This document shows, piece by piece, positions 13,778 through 28,084 of a DNA stretch of 64,000 nt; position 1 is the stretch's first letter, and each line of letters begins with the position of its first letter. The stretch comes from Octopus bimaculoides. Lineage: Eukaryota. Below the pieces are notes generated by a model that worked only from the letters and a program-made list of their open reading frames with translations, did no database searches and was not told the origin of the DNA. The DNA lies in NCBI RefSeq assembly GCF_001194135.2, contig NC_069001.1, positions 27,132,553-27,196,552 on the forward strand, given 5' to 3'. Both the position numbers and the translations under genes were made by a program.

Positions 13778-14060
13778 GCTAAAGACACTTATTTTTTTGC
13801 TAGTGAAGGTTTTACAGCTTATGATGAACTAAAGACGCTCATCGGTTTGCTGGTGAAGGTCTTACAAGTTATAAGATCAAGACACTTGAAAATCTTCTGG
13901 TGAAGGTTTTACAAGTTATGAGCTAGAGACACAGGGAAATTTACTGGCGGAGATTTTACAGCTTATGAGCTAAAGAGGTTACAGGCTATGAGCTCGAGAC
14001 ACTTAATTGTTTGCTGGTGGATACATTTAAAAGTTTGCTGGTGGAGATTTTTACGGGCGA
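13778..14060. repeat. Degenerate minisatellite, ~47-50 bp unit
   Basis: Anchor CT(G/A)G(T/C)G(A/G)AG recurs at 13800, 13850, 13897, 13944, 14014 and 14038, most followed by TTTTACA(G/A)(C/G)TTAT...GAGACAC-like text. Confidence 0.8.
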
Positions 14061-14419
14061 TGTGCTCAAGAAAATTGGGCAGAGATTCCTGAAATGATAA
14101 AGCCTCGTTGTCAGAAGCTCCTTCGTATTTTCCAGCCCCAGCAAGAATCATAAAATAAGCATCTTAGTTAAAAGTTTACGGTTACTACTTGGCTGTTAAC
14201 GATAGATTCCTTGCTAATGTCATGCGTCTCCTGCAGTTATTCTCTCAGCAGGAAAACGAGATTCAAAGTACACGACCGATTATTTCGTATACCAGATTGC
14301 GATAGCGAGTGTAATATAATTTTCAAAAGAGGGGACAGGGACACATGTTGCATGGTGTATCATTAGAATATAACACACACACAACACACACACCATGTTG
14401 CATGGTGTATCATTAGAAT

Positions 14420-14462
<43 letters not shown>

Positions 14463-15944
14463 CACTTTGTGTTGACATTGTGCAACACCAAGTAAACCGT
14501 TTTAAAATGTGCAATAGCTGCACATATATAATCCATGGTTGCAAACGTACGAGCAGATCTCACCTATACTCAAATGTACGCATAATTCGTGTGCATGTGA
14601 GTGTATGTGCATAAATATATATATATATATTACTTATCTCGTTATGTGTGTATGTATGTATGTATATGCATTTATGTTTGCATGCATAACAAGCATTTAC
14701 ACTTTCCAAATTCTTTGTTACTGGTGATTGATATGTCACACCCTCTTCCGAGATAATACGCAAGCTGTATGGATTCCTAGGTGATAAACAACCTAACGTC
14801 CAATGACACCGATGGGAGGAATAAAAGTAAAGTGTGAATTTACTTTTTCCACTGGTACAGAATGATGCTAATACGCATGCGTGCTATTTCCATGAATGAA
14901 ATGTTCAAGTAGCTTTTATCTCTTGCCTGTTCTACAATGAAGCAGTAAAGGAAAAGAAAAAATTATGATAGAAGACAATATACAATTCAATGGCTCTTTA
15001 CAAGAAGCTTTATTGTCTGGTTATAGTATGGTATAATTTATTTTCTTCAGCTTTATTCGAGGCAGCAACATCGAGAATGGTGGTAGTGTGTTTTGGCAAT
15101 AAATATTTTTCTCACTTTATGAGATAATTTACCGTTGAAGAAGAAACAAGAATGTAGGTTAAATATTTCAGAAAATTACAGCTTATTCTTTGAAAAATGC
15201 AGCTAGTATAGAAACGAGATTTGCCTGTCGGATAAGTTATCTAAAGTCGTAACGTATGAGTCATGATTTCGTATTTTGCTGAAGGTGTGTCATTATAGCC
15301 TTGAGTTTTTTTTTTTGCTTATTTTCTGTAATTCTTTTTTATGTTTATTTCTAACATGGCGTGTGCTAAATGTTACAGAGTAGAAGAAAAACTGTGAATA
15401 TTATAGAGCACAACTTTAGCCTGCTTGGTTGAAAATGTCATTTGGATGTATTTATTTATTTATTCATAATAAATTCATATAGTCATTTATTTAATTATTT
15501 ATACATTTAATTTTGCATATTCGCAATAACGACTGGTATGATATCATATGTCTGACAAAGAATAGTAATACATACATACATACATACATACATACATACA
15601 TACGCATACATACATGTATATGTGCATACGTATATACATATATATAAACATACTGATATAAAATGAGTGTACAGTAGATAAATAGATAGATAGATAGATA
15701 GATAGTTAGATCAATGTGAGCGCATCTATAAACGTGTGAGCATAAATAACAATCACCGATCTTTATCAGCAAAGGATATATCCATAATTTAAAAAAACCC
15801 TCTTTGAAAACAATGTCACATAAGGTGTTTGTTCGGCATCAATTTACTTATATTCCTTTGTTCCTGTCTCCATCAGAGATTCTGTGATTCTGTGATTAGT
15901 CCGTTTATATCTTATACTAATGATTTGAAACATTTTAGTACAAG

Positions 15945-16410
15945 TCCATCAATTTTGGGAGAGGGGTCAAGTAGATTACCCCGACCCCAGTGCTCAACTA
16001 CTACTCAGTTTATAGACTGCGTAAAAAATGAAAGGTAAATCCGACTTCGGTGGAATTTGAACCCCTAACGAGAAGGCAACCGGCGTTAATATAATCTTTT
16101 CTACACAAGGCGTTAATATAGTCTATTCTACACAAGCCCGAAATGTTTTTTTATGGAGGGGGCCAGTCGATTAGATCGACTCCAGTACGTAACTGGTACT
16201 TAATTTATCGACCCCGAAAAGATGAAGGGCAAAGTCGACTTCGGTGGAATTTGAAACCAGAACGTAAAGTCAGGCGAAATACTGTTAAGCACTTAACCCG
16301 GCGTGCTAACGTTTCTTATTTCTTTATTGCCCACAAGGGGCTAAACATAGAGGGGGACAGACAAGGACGGACAAAGGGATTAAGTCGATTACATCGACCC
16401 CAGTGCGAAA
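15945..16410 (-). mobile_element. SINE family A cluster: one diverged monomer plus a tail2-tail1 dimer fragment
   Basis: Family A core at 16030 and 16230; dimer junction GTTTC|TTATTTCTTTATTGCCCACAAG at 16315/16316. Confidence 0.85.
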
Positions 16411-16686
16411 AGCAGCAGCAGCTAGTGCTTGTGCTGGTGGTGGCTGTGTTGGTGGTGGTAGTCACTTTTGCAGTTGTAGTAGTAGTAGTAGTTGTTGTTG
16501 TTGTTGTCCCGGGAATGTGGGGTATTTTCTATGGAGATATATGAGAACATGCATTGCTATGTAACTTACATAATGTACGAAGATGTTAATACATACGAAT
16601 GTTTATTTACTTAAATATGTAAAACATTTTGTTTCTTTTTTTTGTTTTTTTGTTTTTTCATAATTGTTTCCTTTTGACTGTTTCAG

Positions 16687-16857
16687 GATCTAACCCTCAT
16701 CGACTTAGAAGAATTTAAGTACGGAGGCGCAAATATCACAGCTGTTCGAATGATTGATTCTCTCCGTCCCTTTGTGTCTGAGGTGACCCAGGATTGGGTT
16801 ATGGAGGAAAAACGAACTGGTAACTCTCCCATTAAGGGATTAAAAACTGAAATACCA
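16687..16857 (+). CDS. GRIK: Internal coding exon of kainate-type ionotropic glutamate receptor (amino-terminal domain): DLTLIDLEEFKYGGANITAVRMIDSLRPFVSEVTQDWVMEEKRTGNSPIKGLKTEIP
   Basis: T-rich acceptor ...ctgtttcag at 16686, donor GTAAGT at 16858, 171 nt, phase 0/0, open frame. Peptide matches the kainate receptor ATD segment recalled from vertebrate GluK2 ([23 protein letters not shown]). Family-level call only; paralog not determinable. Confidence 0.93.
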
Positions 16858-17014
16858 GTAAGTATACAGTTCTTTGTATTATATATATATTTATCCCACA
16901 ATTTCCTCACTTATTCTGCATCTCTCTCTCTATCTCTCTATCTCGTTATTGTTCTTTATTTCACTCCCACTCTCTCTAAACACATGCATTCGCACATAGA
17001 TACATGGGTGACAC

Positions 17015-17320
17015 CTTTCGATCACGAATGGCAATCGGATTGCTCTCGGAAATTTCCCCTCTATAGTAAAAGTCGGGCAAGATTGTTTGTGGAAGATCTG
17101 TAGTCAGCCATGCATACCAGCGTCTCGTCTCGACGACGCCGATGTCGTCCAAGGGAGAGGCAAAGGCTGATACAGCTTGGTACGAGTGACGTTGCGATTC
17201 ATTTCTGCAGCTGAGTGAACTGGAGCAACGTGACATAAAGTGTCTTGCTCAAGAACACAACAGACAGCCTGAACAGATTATAAACCCGATGTAATAACCA
17301 CTGAGACATGCACCTTCACA
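17015..17320 (-). mobile_element. SINE family C
   Basis: CATGCATACCAGC...CAGCTGAGTGAACTGGAGCAACGTG..ATAAAGTGTCTTGCTCAAG, as at 28085. Confidence 0.8.
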
Positions 17321-17914
17321 CACATATGTATATATGAGCACATTATCGTTTCAAGTCGGATACCTGTTTAAATCTAGGAAACCTTCAAATGAAGCAAAAG
17401 CAGTTTCTAGAACAATAATCATGACATATATGTAAAAAAAAAAAGGGAAAAAATATTAATAAATGTCCGGAGTGGTAAGCTTGGTTGAAGCAATTCAAAT
17501 GACATATGTAACGAAATGGGAGTTATTTCCCTTGAGTATCCACAAATATAGTAAGAAAATAATATAAATATAAATGATGAAATATGTAAAAATAAATTTG
17601 AAAATAATGTTGAAGTAGATAAAAAATGAGTATTTTAATTGAAATAATATAATAATTTTTGTGGAACTATTAACATTTGCGCGTATAATTTCCTACGGAA
17701 CGTCAAAGAGGCGGTATTCATTTGTACAGTAATTTAGGAATAAAATTATTTAAAATATTAGGAATGTTTAAATTGAAATAGTTATGTTATGAGCTATTTG
17801 ACCGGATGGTAGTATTGACTTCCACCATTTAGAAAGTACGCATCATTGTAACAGTATGTCTTAAAGATTTCAGGCCTTGCATTCATAGATATAATATGAA
17901 GTGTAAGATTAATT

Positions 17915-18405
17915 TATGGAATGAAGCTCTACAAATCCAATCATATTTGTCAAAAATGGAGGAGATAAATGTTAAAAATGTGTATGAAGTGTATTCATGC
18001 ATACAATTGTTTCGTACATAGATATAAATTCATTTTTGGATTTGCAAATATCATAGTACTCATCAGTGCAGTGAGAAAATAATAGGAACTTAAAAAAAGA
18101 GCAGATAAGTTGGATCTATGAGTTTCATGTGTATCTCCTTGAATTGTGGTTTAATAATTGACATGATTACATCACTATTACACATAGACAGGAACAGATA
18201 AACATGAAACTCATAGATACAACCTCTCTGCTCTTTTTTTAAGTTCTTATTTTTTCTCTGACTGATGAGTACTATGTTTTCAAATTCAAAAATGAATTCT
18301 ATGAATGAAACTATTGTATGCATGAATAAATATCTCACACCTTTTTAACATCTTATCTCCTCCATTTTTGACAAATGTGATTGGACTTTTAAAACTTCAT
18401 CCATA
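17915..18405. repeat. Long imperfect inverted repeat (old fold-back element)
   Basis: 17915-18130 is the reverse complement of 18202-18405, e.g. TTTGTCAAAAATGGAGGAGATAA vs TTATCTCCTCCATTTTTGACAAA, and CATAGTACTCATCAGT vs ACTGATGAGTACTATG. Spacer ~70 nt. Confidence 0.9.
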
Positions 18406-18565
18406 CACTTAATATTCTAATACTACTTTTCATATCTTCACTAATTTACACCAGTAAACTCTCAGCAATGTATAAAGAATCCGCGTTAGAAATCTTTTTG
18501 GAAACCACTCCAATTAAAGGACGAATCCCCATTGAACCTATTACACATGTATATGTGTGCATATG

Positions 18566-18597
<32 letters not shown>

Positions 18598-18629
18598 CGT
18601 ATGTATGTATGTATATTTGTATAAGTATA

Positions 18630-18712
<83 letters not shown>

Positions 18713-19598
18713 CGTGTTGGAAATTTGTAATACGAGGTTCTTTTCATCTATACATAACCGACATGCATTTGTTCGTTTACCTATCGCAGACAGAACATTA
18801 TACTGAAAATCAACGAACGTAATGTTCTTTCAAATTTTACATATAACTAAACAATTTCGTCGTTTTTCCTCTTTCCTATATAATTGAAGGAAGAACTATG
18901 ATTGAATTACCTTTTTTTTTTTTTTTTTTTTACGCTTTTTACAACACACCATATCTACGTAGTATTTACGTACTATATTAAATTTCGATTTAGTGGAAAT
19001 GGCGTCTCTTTCCTATATTTGATTGCTTCAACATTATATGACGAATAGTGAAAACATACAATTGCATTTCTTCTTGTACAATTAGCTTTATATAATTCAG
19101 TTTGTTTATAAGGTGCATTATTCTTTTTATACTGTGAGTACATCTGTAACTGAGTTTATGTCCCCATATATTATAAAGTTTCTTACTGTACTAATTAATG
19201 GATAATGCCTTATCTGTTAAAAGTAGGACACTTTCAGCACTATTCGGCCAAAAATTCGTAGCAAATACTGGTGGAAGAATTATTGCTCTTTTCGTAGTAT
19301 TTGATATTGGAGATATTTGGGGTATATGTGTACACAAATGAGGATCCCCTATCTGGAAATTCCTTTTCCTTTTCTTTTTTTCATAGGAGCAATATTTTTC
19401 TAACATTTCTTTATCTGATGTCAGGTTGGATATTCTGTTAGTGCTATTAAGGTTTTCACACTGTATAACTCTCACAATCCAATGAAAATAACTTATCTCT
19501 ATTCGTATTTCTGCGTAGTGAATTACGTTGCTTAAGATACTTTTAATCAGGCTTGCAAAGCTTGCAGTTTTATGTATATGTACATACTATATGTCTAT

Positions 19599-19643
<45 letters not shown>

Positions 19644-22441
19644 CGCTCGTGCATGTACGCTCGTGCATGTGCGCTCGTGCATGTGCGCTCGTGCATGTGC
19701 GCTCGTGCATGTGCGTGTGAGCATTTGTGTGTCGATATGTATGTATGTGCATTATGTGTGCATTTCTGTATGTATGAGTTCTCTAAATTTCTACATATCA
19801 CCTTTGTTTCCGTCTGAATGTGTCTTAGTATACAAATGAACATCAAACTTGAAACGCTGGTGCATTAACTATTATAGATAATATACTATATATTACACTC
19901 TACGCCTGTATATATATATATACGTGTGTGTGTGTGTGTATAAGAAGAGTGAGTAAAAGAGAAGAGAGAAGTAGATGAAGGGAATCCTTTTAACTCTTTA
20001 TCGAACTTTTGCCTGTTGATTTCAAATAGCTAAAACATTTGTTAATTAAATAGTCTCTCCAAATTACATTTACATGTTTCTTTTTCTTTTTTTTTTCCTC
20101 AACGGCTTCGCAACACTGCCGCGGACACTCTGTGTTCAGAATTGAGCTTTTTGCTCCACTGCCCTCGGTGCAATAATCTCATTAATAATAAATACATATA
20201 ATTGTACATGTTTGTTTTATTTCAGTCAAAGTTAAACGATAACATCATTTCAACTTATATTCTGCTGTAATTTATTGCACAATAGCTGATGTTGTAAATA
20301 TTCAATTGTTTACTGATTTTAACGTTCGGAAAATCAAACTTTATATTCTCTATTTTATATCCTATTAGTCTGGAACTCATTTCTAATATAATTTACCAAC
20401 TGATAATTTATATACTACAAATTGAACTTTGTGTAAATCTTTCATTCATATGTCCTTTAATCTATATTTTAATTTTGGTTTCAACAATCTGTTAAACACT
20501 GCTCTGTTTTAATTTAAATTACATTTATTGGGTTGCTAGTAGAATTATTTTACTCATTCTGTTGTTTGTAGTTTATGCCTCATTACGTTAAATCCAAAGT
20601 CTATGAAACTAAAGAACAAAACTCAATAGTAGATTTCAATGAATTATGAATATATTCTTTTGAAAATTCCTTATGAAATTTGTAGATAATGCTGATTATT
20701 ACTTCTTTGGTGTACTAAGCGTTTAAATATAATTGATATCTTCAGTTGTTGCATTCTTCAGATAATATTACTATTGTATATGAAAGACTTTGATATCTGA
20801 AATATATAAAGTAAAGCGATAATCAATACTATTGTTTGATCTTAGAAAGCAAACACATCAATAATTTTCTACTCTCAGTGGATGTCTAGCCAAAAATGAA
20901 TGTCTATTTACTGGCCATTACTACCCGCTGTGGTAATGGTTCCGATTTCTGTGAGACTGAATGGATGAGAAGCAGATCATTCTCTTTGAGAGAATGCCAG
21001 TCGTTTGCAAGTAAATTTTCCCTACAGATAGCTTTAACTCTCCACTATCAGCTAACGAGTTACTCGATAATTTTAAAGTGCATCTACAGATTTAACATAT
21101 TTGAAATGCAATTATATCAATTTGTGTCTTTCCCTGCATTTATATGAATTTATATATTATTTAACAATTCCTACTGAAGTTTAATAAACTGACATCGTCA
21201 GAATATGAAACACTGCTTTTCCTGTTTGTAGTTCACATAAATATAAACTTGGTAATTATGAATTTCAGCTTCCAAATATAACACCAACTAAATTACTGTT
21301 ACTAGTCACAACAATTTGAAATTGTGTAACTTGTATATACAGATTTACAGAAAGTTCATTGGTGATTCGATACGTTCAGTTGTTGCAAACGTGTTGAATC
21401 TAACGCCTCAGGAGTTAACCTATATCAATGATTGAGGTATTACATATTTTATCAAAACTCCGATAAGAGGCGCACAAGAGGTGATTTTATTATAGGTATA
21501 GTGGTCACCTCCTGTTGTTTGGGATTTTCTTGAGGGTGACTGGAGAGAACGTATGTGAGTGCAAGTGAGAAAGAACGAGTAACTGAGAAAGTGAGAAAAA
21601 GAGACAAAATGAGAGGATGAACGTGTGGGTTGTTGACCGCGTACATCAAATAAAATACGCTGATTAATATTTTTTTTTCTTTTTTCGCTTAGAACGATAA
21701 CATAAATTTCACAATGAATGCATACTTCTCTTGTTATCGTATTATAAGATCATCTAAATTAATGAGGTAATGATTGAAGTAAAAAAAATCAACAAGTGAG
21801 CAGCTTAATCTCGGAAAACAGTAGCGGTTGAAAGAGTCTATCGAGAACCAATTTATTGAGAAGTTTTCATCTTGCAAACGTTACGATAACAACGATTATT
21901 GTATGGTGAAATGACAATACATTTTCGCTTGTATTACGTTAAGGTAATCAGTGATCTGAAAGAATGCAAAATAACACTAAAATATAATTAAACGCCGTGA
22001 TATTTTTTTTAAAATACTAAATATGCTAATTATTATGTATAAATTCGTCATCACTACATTAGCAATCACATAGGAGTCTATGCTTCGGTGTAGAGGTGTC
22101 TAATGAGATCAAGTTTGCATATGACGTCAAGGCCCATTACTTTCTCCGCAATCCGGGTACCTGGTGTGCAGGCACTTAAGAGTGATGAGCACATGTTAAA
22201 TATAATTTCGCAGAATAAGGGAGAAATGTAAGAGGAAGGAAGAAAAAACATTAATACATAAACGCGCACATATACATATACGCCTTTGTGTCTGTATACA
22301 CACACACACACTCCTATATTTGTGTATACGTATATATTATTTAGGTCGAATCAGTCACTTGCTACGCTGAGTTTTACCTGTAGCGCACATGATCTTTATA
22401 TATATATGTGTGTGTGTGTGTAGATAAGTAACAAGGACGTA

Positions 22442-22572
22442 CAGGTGTAAATAAATTACGGCCATTTCAAGTGGGCCCATTGAATTGATCATTGAAAACA
22501 TCAATTTCAAAGAATCCGCTCTCTTCCATTAAATGGAGCCACTTGAAACAGCCGTAATATAATTGACACCTA
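22442..22572. mobile_element. Tc1/mariner-type MITE
   Basis: TA|CAGGTGTAAATAAATTACGGCCATTTCAAGTGG ... CCACTTGAAACAGCCGTAATATAATTGACACCTA|TA: imperfect ~33 bp TIRs with TA flanks. Confidence 0.75.
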
Positions 22573-22677
22573 TAAATCTTTGTTACCTATTTACATTCAG
22601 TTCACACAACTTGGAGCTGTACGGACTATACCGAACTGGCAAGGCGCCTCAATTTAAATACTTAATTCAAATGAATC

Positions 22678-22717
<40 letters not shown>

Positions 22718-23378
22718 CAATGTAGCTACTTCTAAAATTTCTATAAGAGATGTATGTAGTAACAATACCAAAGAGTAATGTTTGTTGCCACTTCAACTTA
22801 GCTGTTCCGTACGGAACTATTTTTTAACCCCGGGATGACACCTACAGCTGGTTAACGGTCCAATATATACATACACACCCAAACACACACACACATACAT
22901 ACATACATATCTTGAGAGAGAGAAATGTAAATATACACGTGTATGTATTAGTATTTTGTTTATTCCTTTCACTTTTTGCTCTTATTCTGCGAAACAATAT
23001 TTAATTTAAATACTGAATCTTAAAATTACTTGATAAATTTAAGATGGTATAGGTCTCAATTACTGGCAATTCTATCCCACAAAAAACTGTGGACCATGTT
23101 TTGCAACATCTACGTTTGTGCAGGAGCGATTATAATTGACTGGGAAATTTCGGTCAAATACCAGTCTGAAATCCTACAATGCATTACATAGCATAGTCTT
23201 ATGTATCTTGAACAGATCGATAATCAGCTTGGGTTTATACAATCACAGCTGCTCCTGGGTCACAAATAAGTATAGCAACAATAATCTTTCTCTTATAATC
23301 ACAAGACCTGAATTCATAGGAGAGTGTTCTAGTCCATTACTTGGACTCTAGAGCTTAATTCGTCCTGATTTTATCCAG

Positions 23379-23425
<47 letters not shown>

Positions 23426-23957
23426 ACAGCAATGTTATTTAAGTTGCATAGCTTCTGCAGTAGGTCGTAAAATCTATGTTACTACGTTATAACCAACACT
23501 TCTGCTAGACTGTGAGATAAAGACGCCAACGTTATAAAAATGTTTTAAGTGATGTTAGGTCTAACATATCATAAATTGAAACAATGTTTATGCTAGATTT
23601 TAAGGTAATTAACTATTTTGAATCTAATGAGTGTCGAAATTTCAAAATACAAATATCAATGCCTTTGGGAAAATACATCAGCTCAGTGACTAACAATTTG
23701 TAAATCATATCATATTTATTTTGATTTGAGAGTTGTTAGGGCGTCGAATAGAATAAATTACGGTCTTTGTTCTGGTTCTCTGTGGTGTGAATTCGTAACT
23801 TGTCAAAGTTGATTTGAACTTTCATCCTACTTGAGTTGCTAAGAAAAAATACCAGTCGAGCATGATGGCTTAGTGGGATATTAGAGTCTCGGGAGTGAGG
23901 CTTGCGTTTCATATGTACGCATACACATAAAAATACATAAGATACATAGATACACAC

Positions 23958-24118
23958 ACTAAGTGGCTGTGTGGTAAGTAGCTTGCTTACCAGCCACACG
24001 GTTCCGGGTTCATTCTCACTGCATGGCAGCTTAGGCAAGTGTCTTCTACTATAGCCTCGGGCCGACCAAAGCATTATGAGTGGATTTGGTAGACGGAAAC
24101 TGAAAGCAGCCCGTCGTA

Positions 24119-24181
<63 letters not shown>

Positions 24182-24385
24182 ATGTGGTTGTGTGTCTATG
24201 TTTGTCCCCCCAACATCGCTTGACAATCGATAGTGATGTTTACGTCCCCCGTAACTTAGCGGTTCGGCATAAGAGACCGATAGAATAAGTACTAGGCGTC
24301 TAAAGAATAAGTCCTGGGGTCGATTTTCTCGACTAAAGGCGGTGCTCCAGCATGGCCGCAGTCAAATGACTGAAATAAGTAAAAG
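23958..24385 (+). mobile_element. Composite SINE family B, full length
   Basis: GTGGCTGTGTGGTAAG head, GGTTC B box, GGCAGCTTAGGCAAGTGTCTTCT CORE-like block, internal (TA)n(TG)n, 3' half ending AAATGACTGAAATAAGTAAAAGA. Confidence 0.9.
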
Positions 24386-24398
24386 AGTGAAGAGAGAG

Positions 24399-24439
<41 letters not shown>

Positions 24440-24802
24440 TTGTATATTTAGCAGATGCAGAGAGCAAGGTTTTTTATTTAACTATTCAGCGGTTTACTGT
24501 TACTTGAAATATATAGCAACCTCAGATCAATTCGGAGGGTCCCAAACTAGTCTTTTGACACGTTTCATGCTTTATATGACGCTTCCATCGCGGCTAAGGG
24601 GGCAACCCAGTTTACTTTGCTTTCAGCTTTTAGCTTTGTTTCCGTTTCTCCGTTGACAGTCTTTCTGTAGAGTCGGAAGTCCAATAGATTTGTTGCTTCG
24701 TTGGACCCTCGGATGAGTTACGCGCAAGCAATTGCCACTGTAGCCCAACTATATTAGTAATATTTCGCCTCATTTTCGTCGTAGATGTTGTTAGTCTTAC
24801 TA

Positions 24803-25030
24803 GATGGTGACGACGTTGATGATGAGGATGATGATGATGATGGCGGCGACAACGACGATGATCGTGGTGATGATGATGATGATGATGACGACGACGATGA
24901 AGACGACAACGATGATGATGATCATCATCACTACCAACACCAATACCACCAAAAAGCTACTGTCATTTTCATTATCATCATCATCGTTGTCATCGTTATC
25001 ATCATCATCATCATCATTATCGTCATCCTT
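24803..25030. repeat. Trinucleotide repeat region switching from (GAT/GAC)n to (ATC/GTC)n
   Basis: Read directly; explains the poly-Asp, poly-Met and poly-Ile ORFs. Confidence 0.9.
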
Positions 25031-25544
25031 TTCCTTTCTTCATTCCTTATTATATAGTTCGTTGCATTTACCCAAACGAGAAGGAACAAATTGTCGACCA
25101 CGAACACACTAAAATATTTGCTTGTATCATACGTAACACAGCCGTCAATTACTTTACCTATTCTTATTTTGCAATGGTGCAGAAAGGAAAATAATGATGA
25201 AATAGATTTGGAATTCTTATTTGAAATTTTACTGAAGTCTTTATATGTATTTTTAAGAGTTATTTTATCAAGAAATTATTCATCGTTGAGAATAATTTAC
25301 TTCGATCTTTCACGTGGATTCAACTCAATGGGGAGGAAAATAATCGCAATCTGTTAAAGAGATTTCAGAAAATTTATCGTAAATATTAAAATGTATAAGC
25401 AATACAAGGTGTATTCATAAAAAAAATACCTGGGTAGACTAATTGACAGCTTAGAGGTTTTAGCTCAACAAATCCTATTAGTAGAGACATTAATATAATA
25501 GGAATATGAGAAACAAGGAAGAATGTAGCAAATAGACCACCGGT

Positions 25545-25607
<63 letters not shown>

Positions 25608-26071
25608 NNNNNNNNNNNNNNNNNNNNNNNNNNNNNNNNNNNNNNNNNNNNNNNNNNNNNNNNNNNNNNNNNNNNNNNNNNNNNNNNNNNNNNNNNNNNN
25701 NNNNNNNNNNNNNNNNNNNNNNNNNNNNNNNNNNNNNNNNNNNNNNNNNNNNNNNNNNNNNNNNNNNNNNNNNNNNNNNNNNNNNNNNNNNNNNNNNNNN
25801 NNNNNNNNNNNNNNNNNNNNNNNNNNNNNNNNNNNNNNNNNNNNNNNNNNNNNNNNNNNNNNNNNNNNNNNNNNNNNNNNNNNNNNNNNNNNNNNNNNNN
25901 NNNNNNNNNNNNNNNNNNNNNNNNNNNNNNNNNNNNNNNNNNNNNNNNNNNNNNNNNNNNNNNNNNNNNNNNNNNNNNNNNNNNNNNNNNNNNNNNNNNN
26001 NNNNNNNNNNNNNNNNNNNNNNNNNNNNNNNNNNNNNNNNNNNNNNNNNNNNNNNNNNNNNNNNNNCATAT

Positions 26072-26105
<34 letters not shown>

Positions 26106-26309
26106 TGTAGACATATATATGCATATATTTGCATATAAATGTATTCATATATATATGTAGATATATATATATGTAAGTATATATATATGTATATATATAT
26201 TTGAACATATATATACATGTATACATATATATATATATATGTATTTATATATGTATATAGGTGTGTATATATATGCTTATATGTATTTACATAGATATGT
26301 ATATACATA

Positions 26310-26352
<43 letters not shown>

Positions 26353-26377
26353 ATATAATGTATATAAATATATTTGT

Positions 26378-26417
<40 letters not shown>

Positions 26418-27513
26418 GTATATATATGCATGCATGCATGTACGTATGTATGAATCTATGTAAGTATGCAAGAAATATTGGAAAATTACATGAAACTGTA
26501 TGAAAGCTAAGATAATTATAATGAAATATATAATTAACTTGTGAAGCTATAATTGTGAAGGAGAATCGAAACTGAAGGACAACAATACATACGTTATATA
26601 CTTAAGATGATAATAATAATGAAAGAAGAAGAATTAAAACAAACAAGTCTTCTTTATCGAACGTCTTTATTAACCTAAAAGCAAAAAGAATGAAACAACA
26701 AAAAATACACGAATTAGATTCTTGGGAATTGTTTCCATAACAACAGAGTAACAATAAGAAAATAAATAGATAAATAGACTAGTAAATAAACGTAAGATAT
26801 AAGCAAAATGAAAGAAAATCAAATGATAGAAGTGACTAAAGAAAGTTGTTTCACACAGATGAAGTAATAAATCGGCGTTAGAGAAAAGATAATGACGGAT
26901 TCTTGGCGAGTCAAGATGCTTTGGCAAGCGACGCAAAATAAATGATGTTCAATAAAGCTACCTGACACTGTCTAATGATATTTTACTGTTTCACGCAAGT
27001 GAAATCGAAGCGAACAGCTACAGAAATAAATAATATAATGCGTGTTTGAAGATATTTCAGTAAGGAAAAATACAATTTAATAGCACAGTGATATTTTGAG
27101 TTTAAGCTATTTCGTAAAATATGCGTACACAATGCACCTACACACGTATATATGTCTGCGTGTTTGTGTGTGTTGGAATGTATATGTGTGCATATACATA
27201 AAGAAATGCATGCACAAGCATACGTACACACACACAGATATATATATATATATGTATACACATGTATAGATACGATTATATACACATACACGCATATATC
27301 GTTTATTATAGCATATAGTAATAAATGTATTCAATGTCAATGCAATTCTGTATATGCATATGTAAATAAATGCATATATACATAAATACATACACGCCTG
27401 CATGCATACATATACGCATACGTACATGCACACACATATATATATACATACAAACATAGATACATACATACATACATACATACATAAAACATACATATAG
27501 TGATAGATTGATT

Positions 27514-27558
<45 letters not shown>

Positions 27559-28084
27559 AAATAAGACAAAGTAGAAAATGCTAAAATACTTTTATAAAAA
27601 ACATTTCTGTACCGGTTTCGTTCCTTGAGATCTTTTCAACAGTAATTATGGATGACAAATTTTGGAAAAATTAAATTTTAGCAAATTTAAATGAAAATTC
27701 TTGTTGAAAACATATTTCTATAGTATTCAAATACCAGGGGTATTTTTTTGTTTTTGTTTCTGTCTGTCTCTGTTTCACTTGTTAACTCTTGTGGGTTCGA
27801 GGTCGTTGTGAAGGCAGACAGACAGACAGACAGAAAGAGATCAGTGCCCAGTATCAATAATTGTTATGCTATTACTGAGGAACCTGCTTAAGAACTTTTA
27901 TTGAAGTGGAATCTTTTCAGTGAGCGTCTATTCTACCCGCTCTTAATTTTGCAAGGTGCACAGTGTGTCTTGTCTACAAGGAACGCAAGGGAGCGAAAGC
28001 GTTTATATAAAGCCCTAACAAATCTGTGTTCATCTCTCTGAACAAGAATTTTGCTTCATATATGAGATTCTTCTTGTCGACGTG

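Noticed and set aside
19191-19475. ORF with KRNFQIGD resembling a Gypsy integrase tail
   Set aside because: Single short motif; no flanking LTR or other pol motifs seen.
20880-21080. Minus-strand GKIYLQTTGI resembling RT motif B of PLE/TERT type
   Set aside because: The following QG/SP and YxDD motifs are not recognisable; too decayed to call.
23030-23360. Possible CR1/L2 RT C-terminal relic on the minus strand
   Set aside because: Similarity is subjective and interrupted by stops.
27601-27650. Minus-strand hammerhead-like CTGTTGA...GAA-ACCGGT-A
   Set aside because: Essential A6 is mutated and neither stem I nor stem II pairs convincingly, though it is probably PLE-derived.
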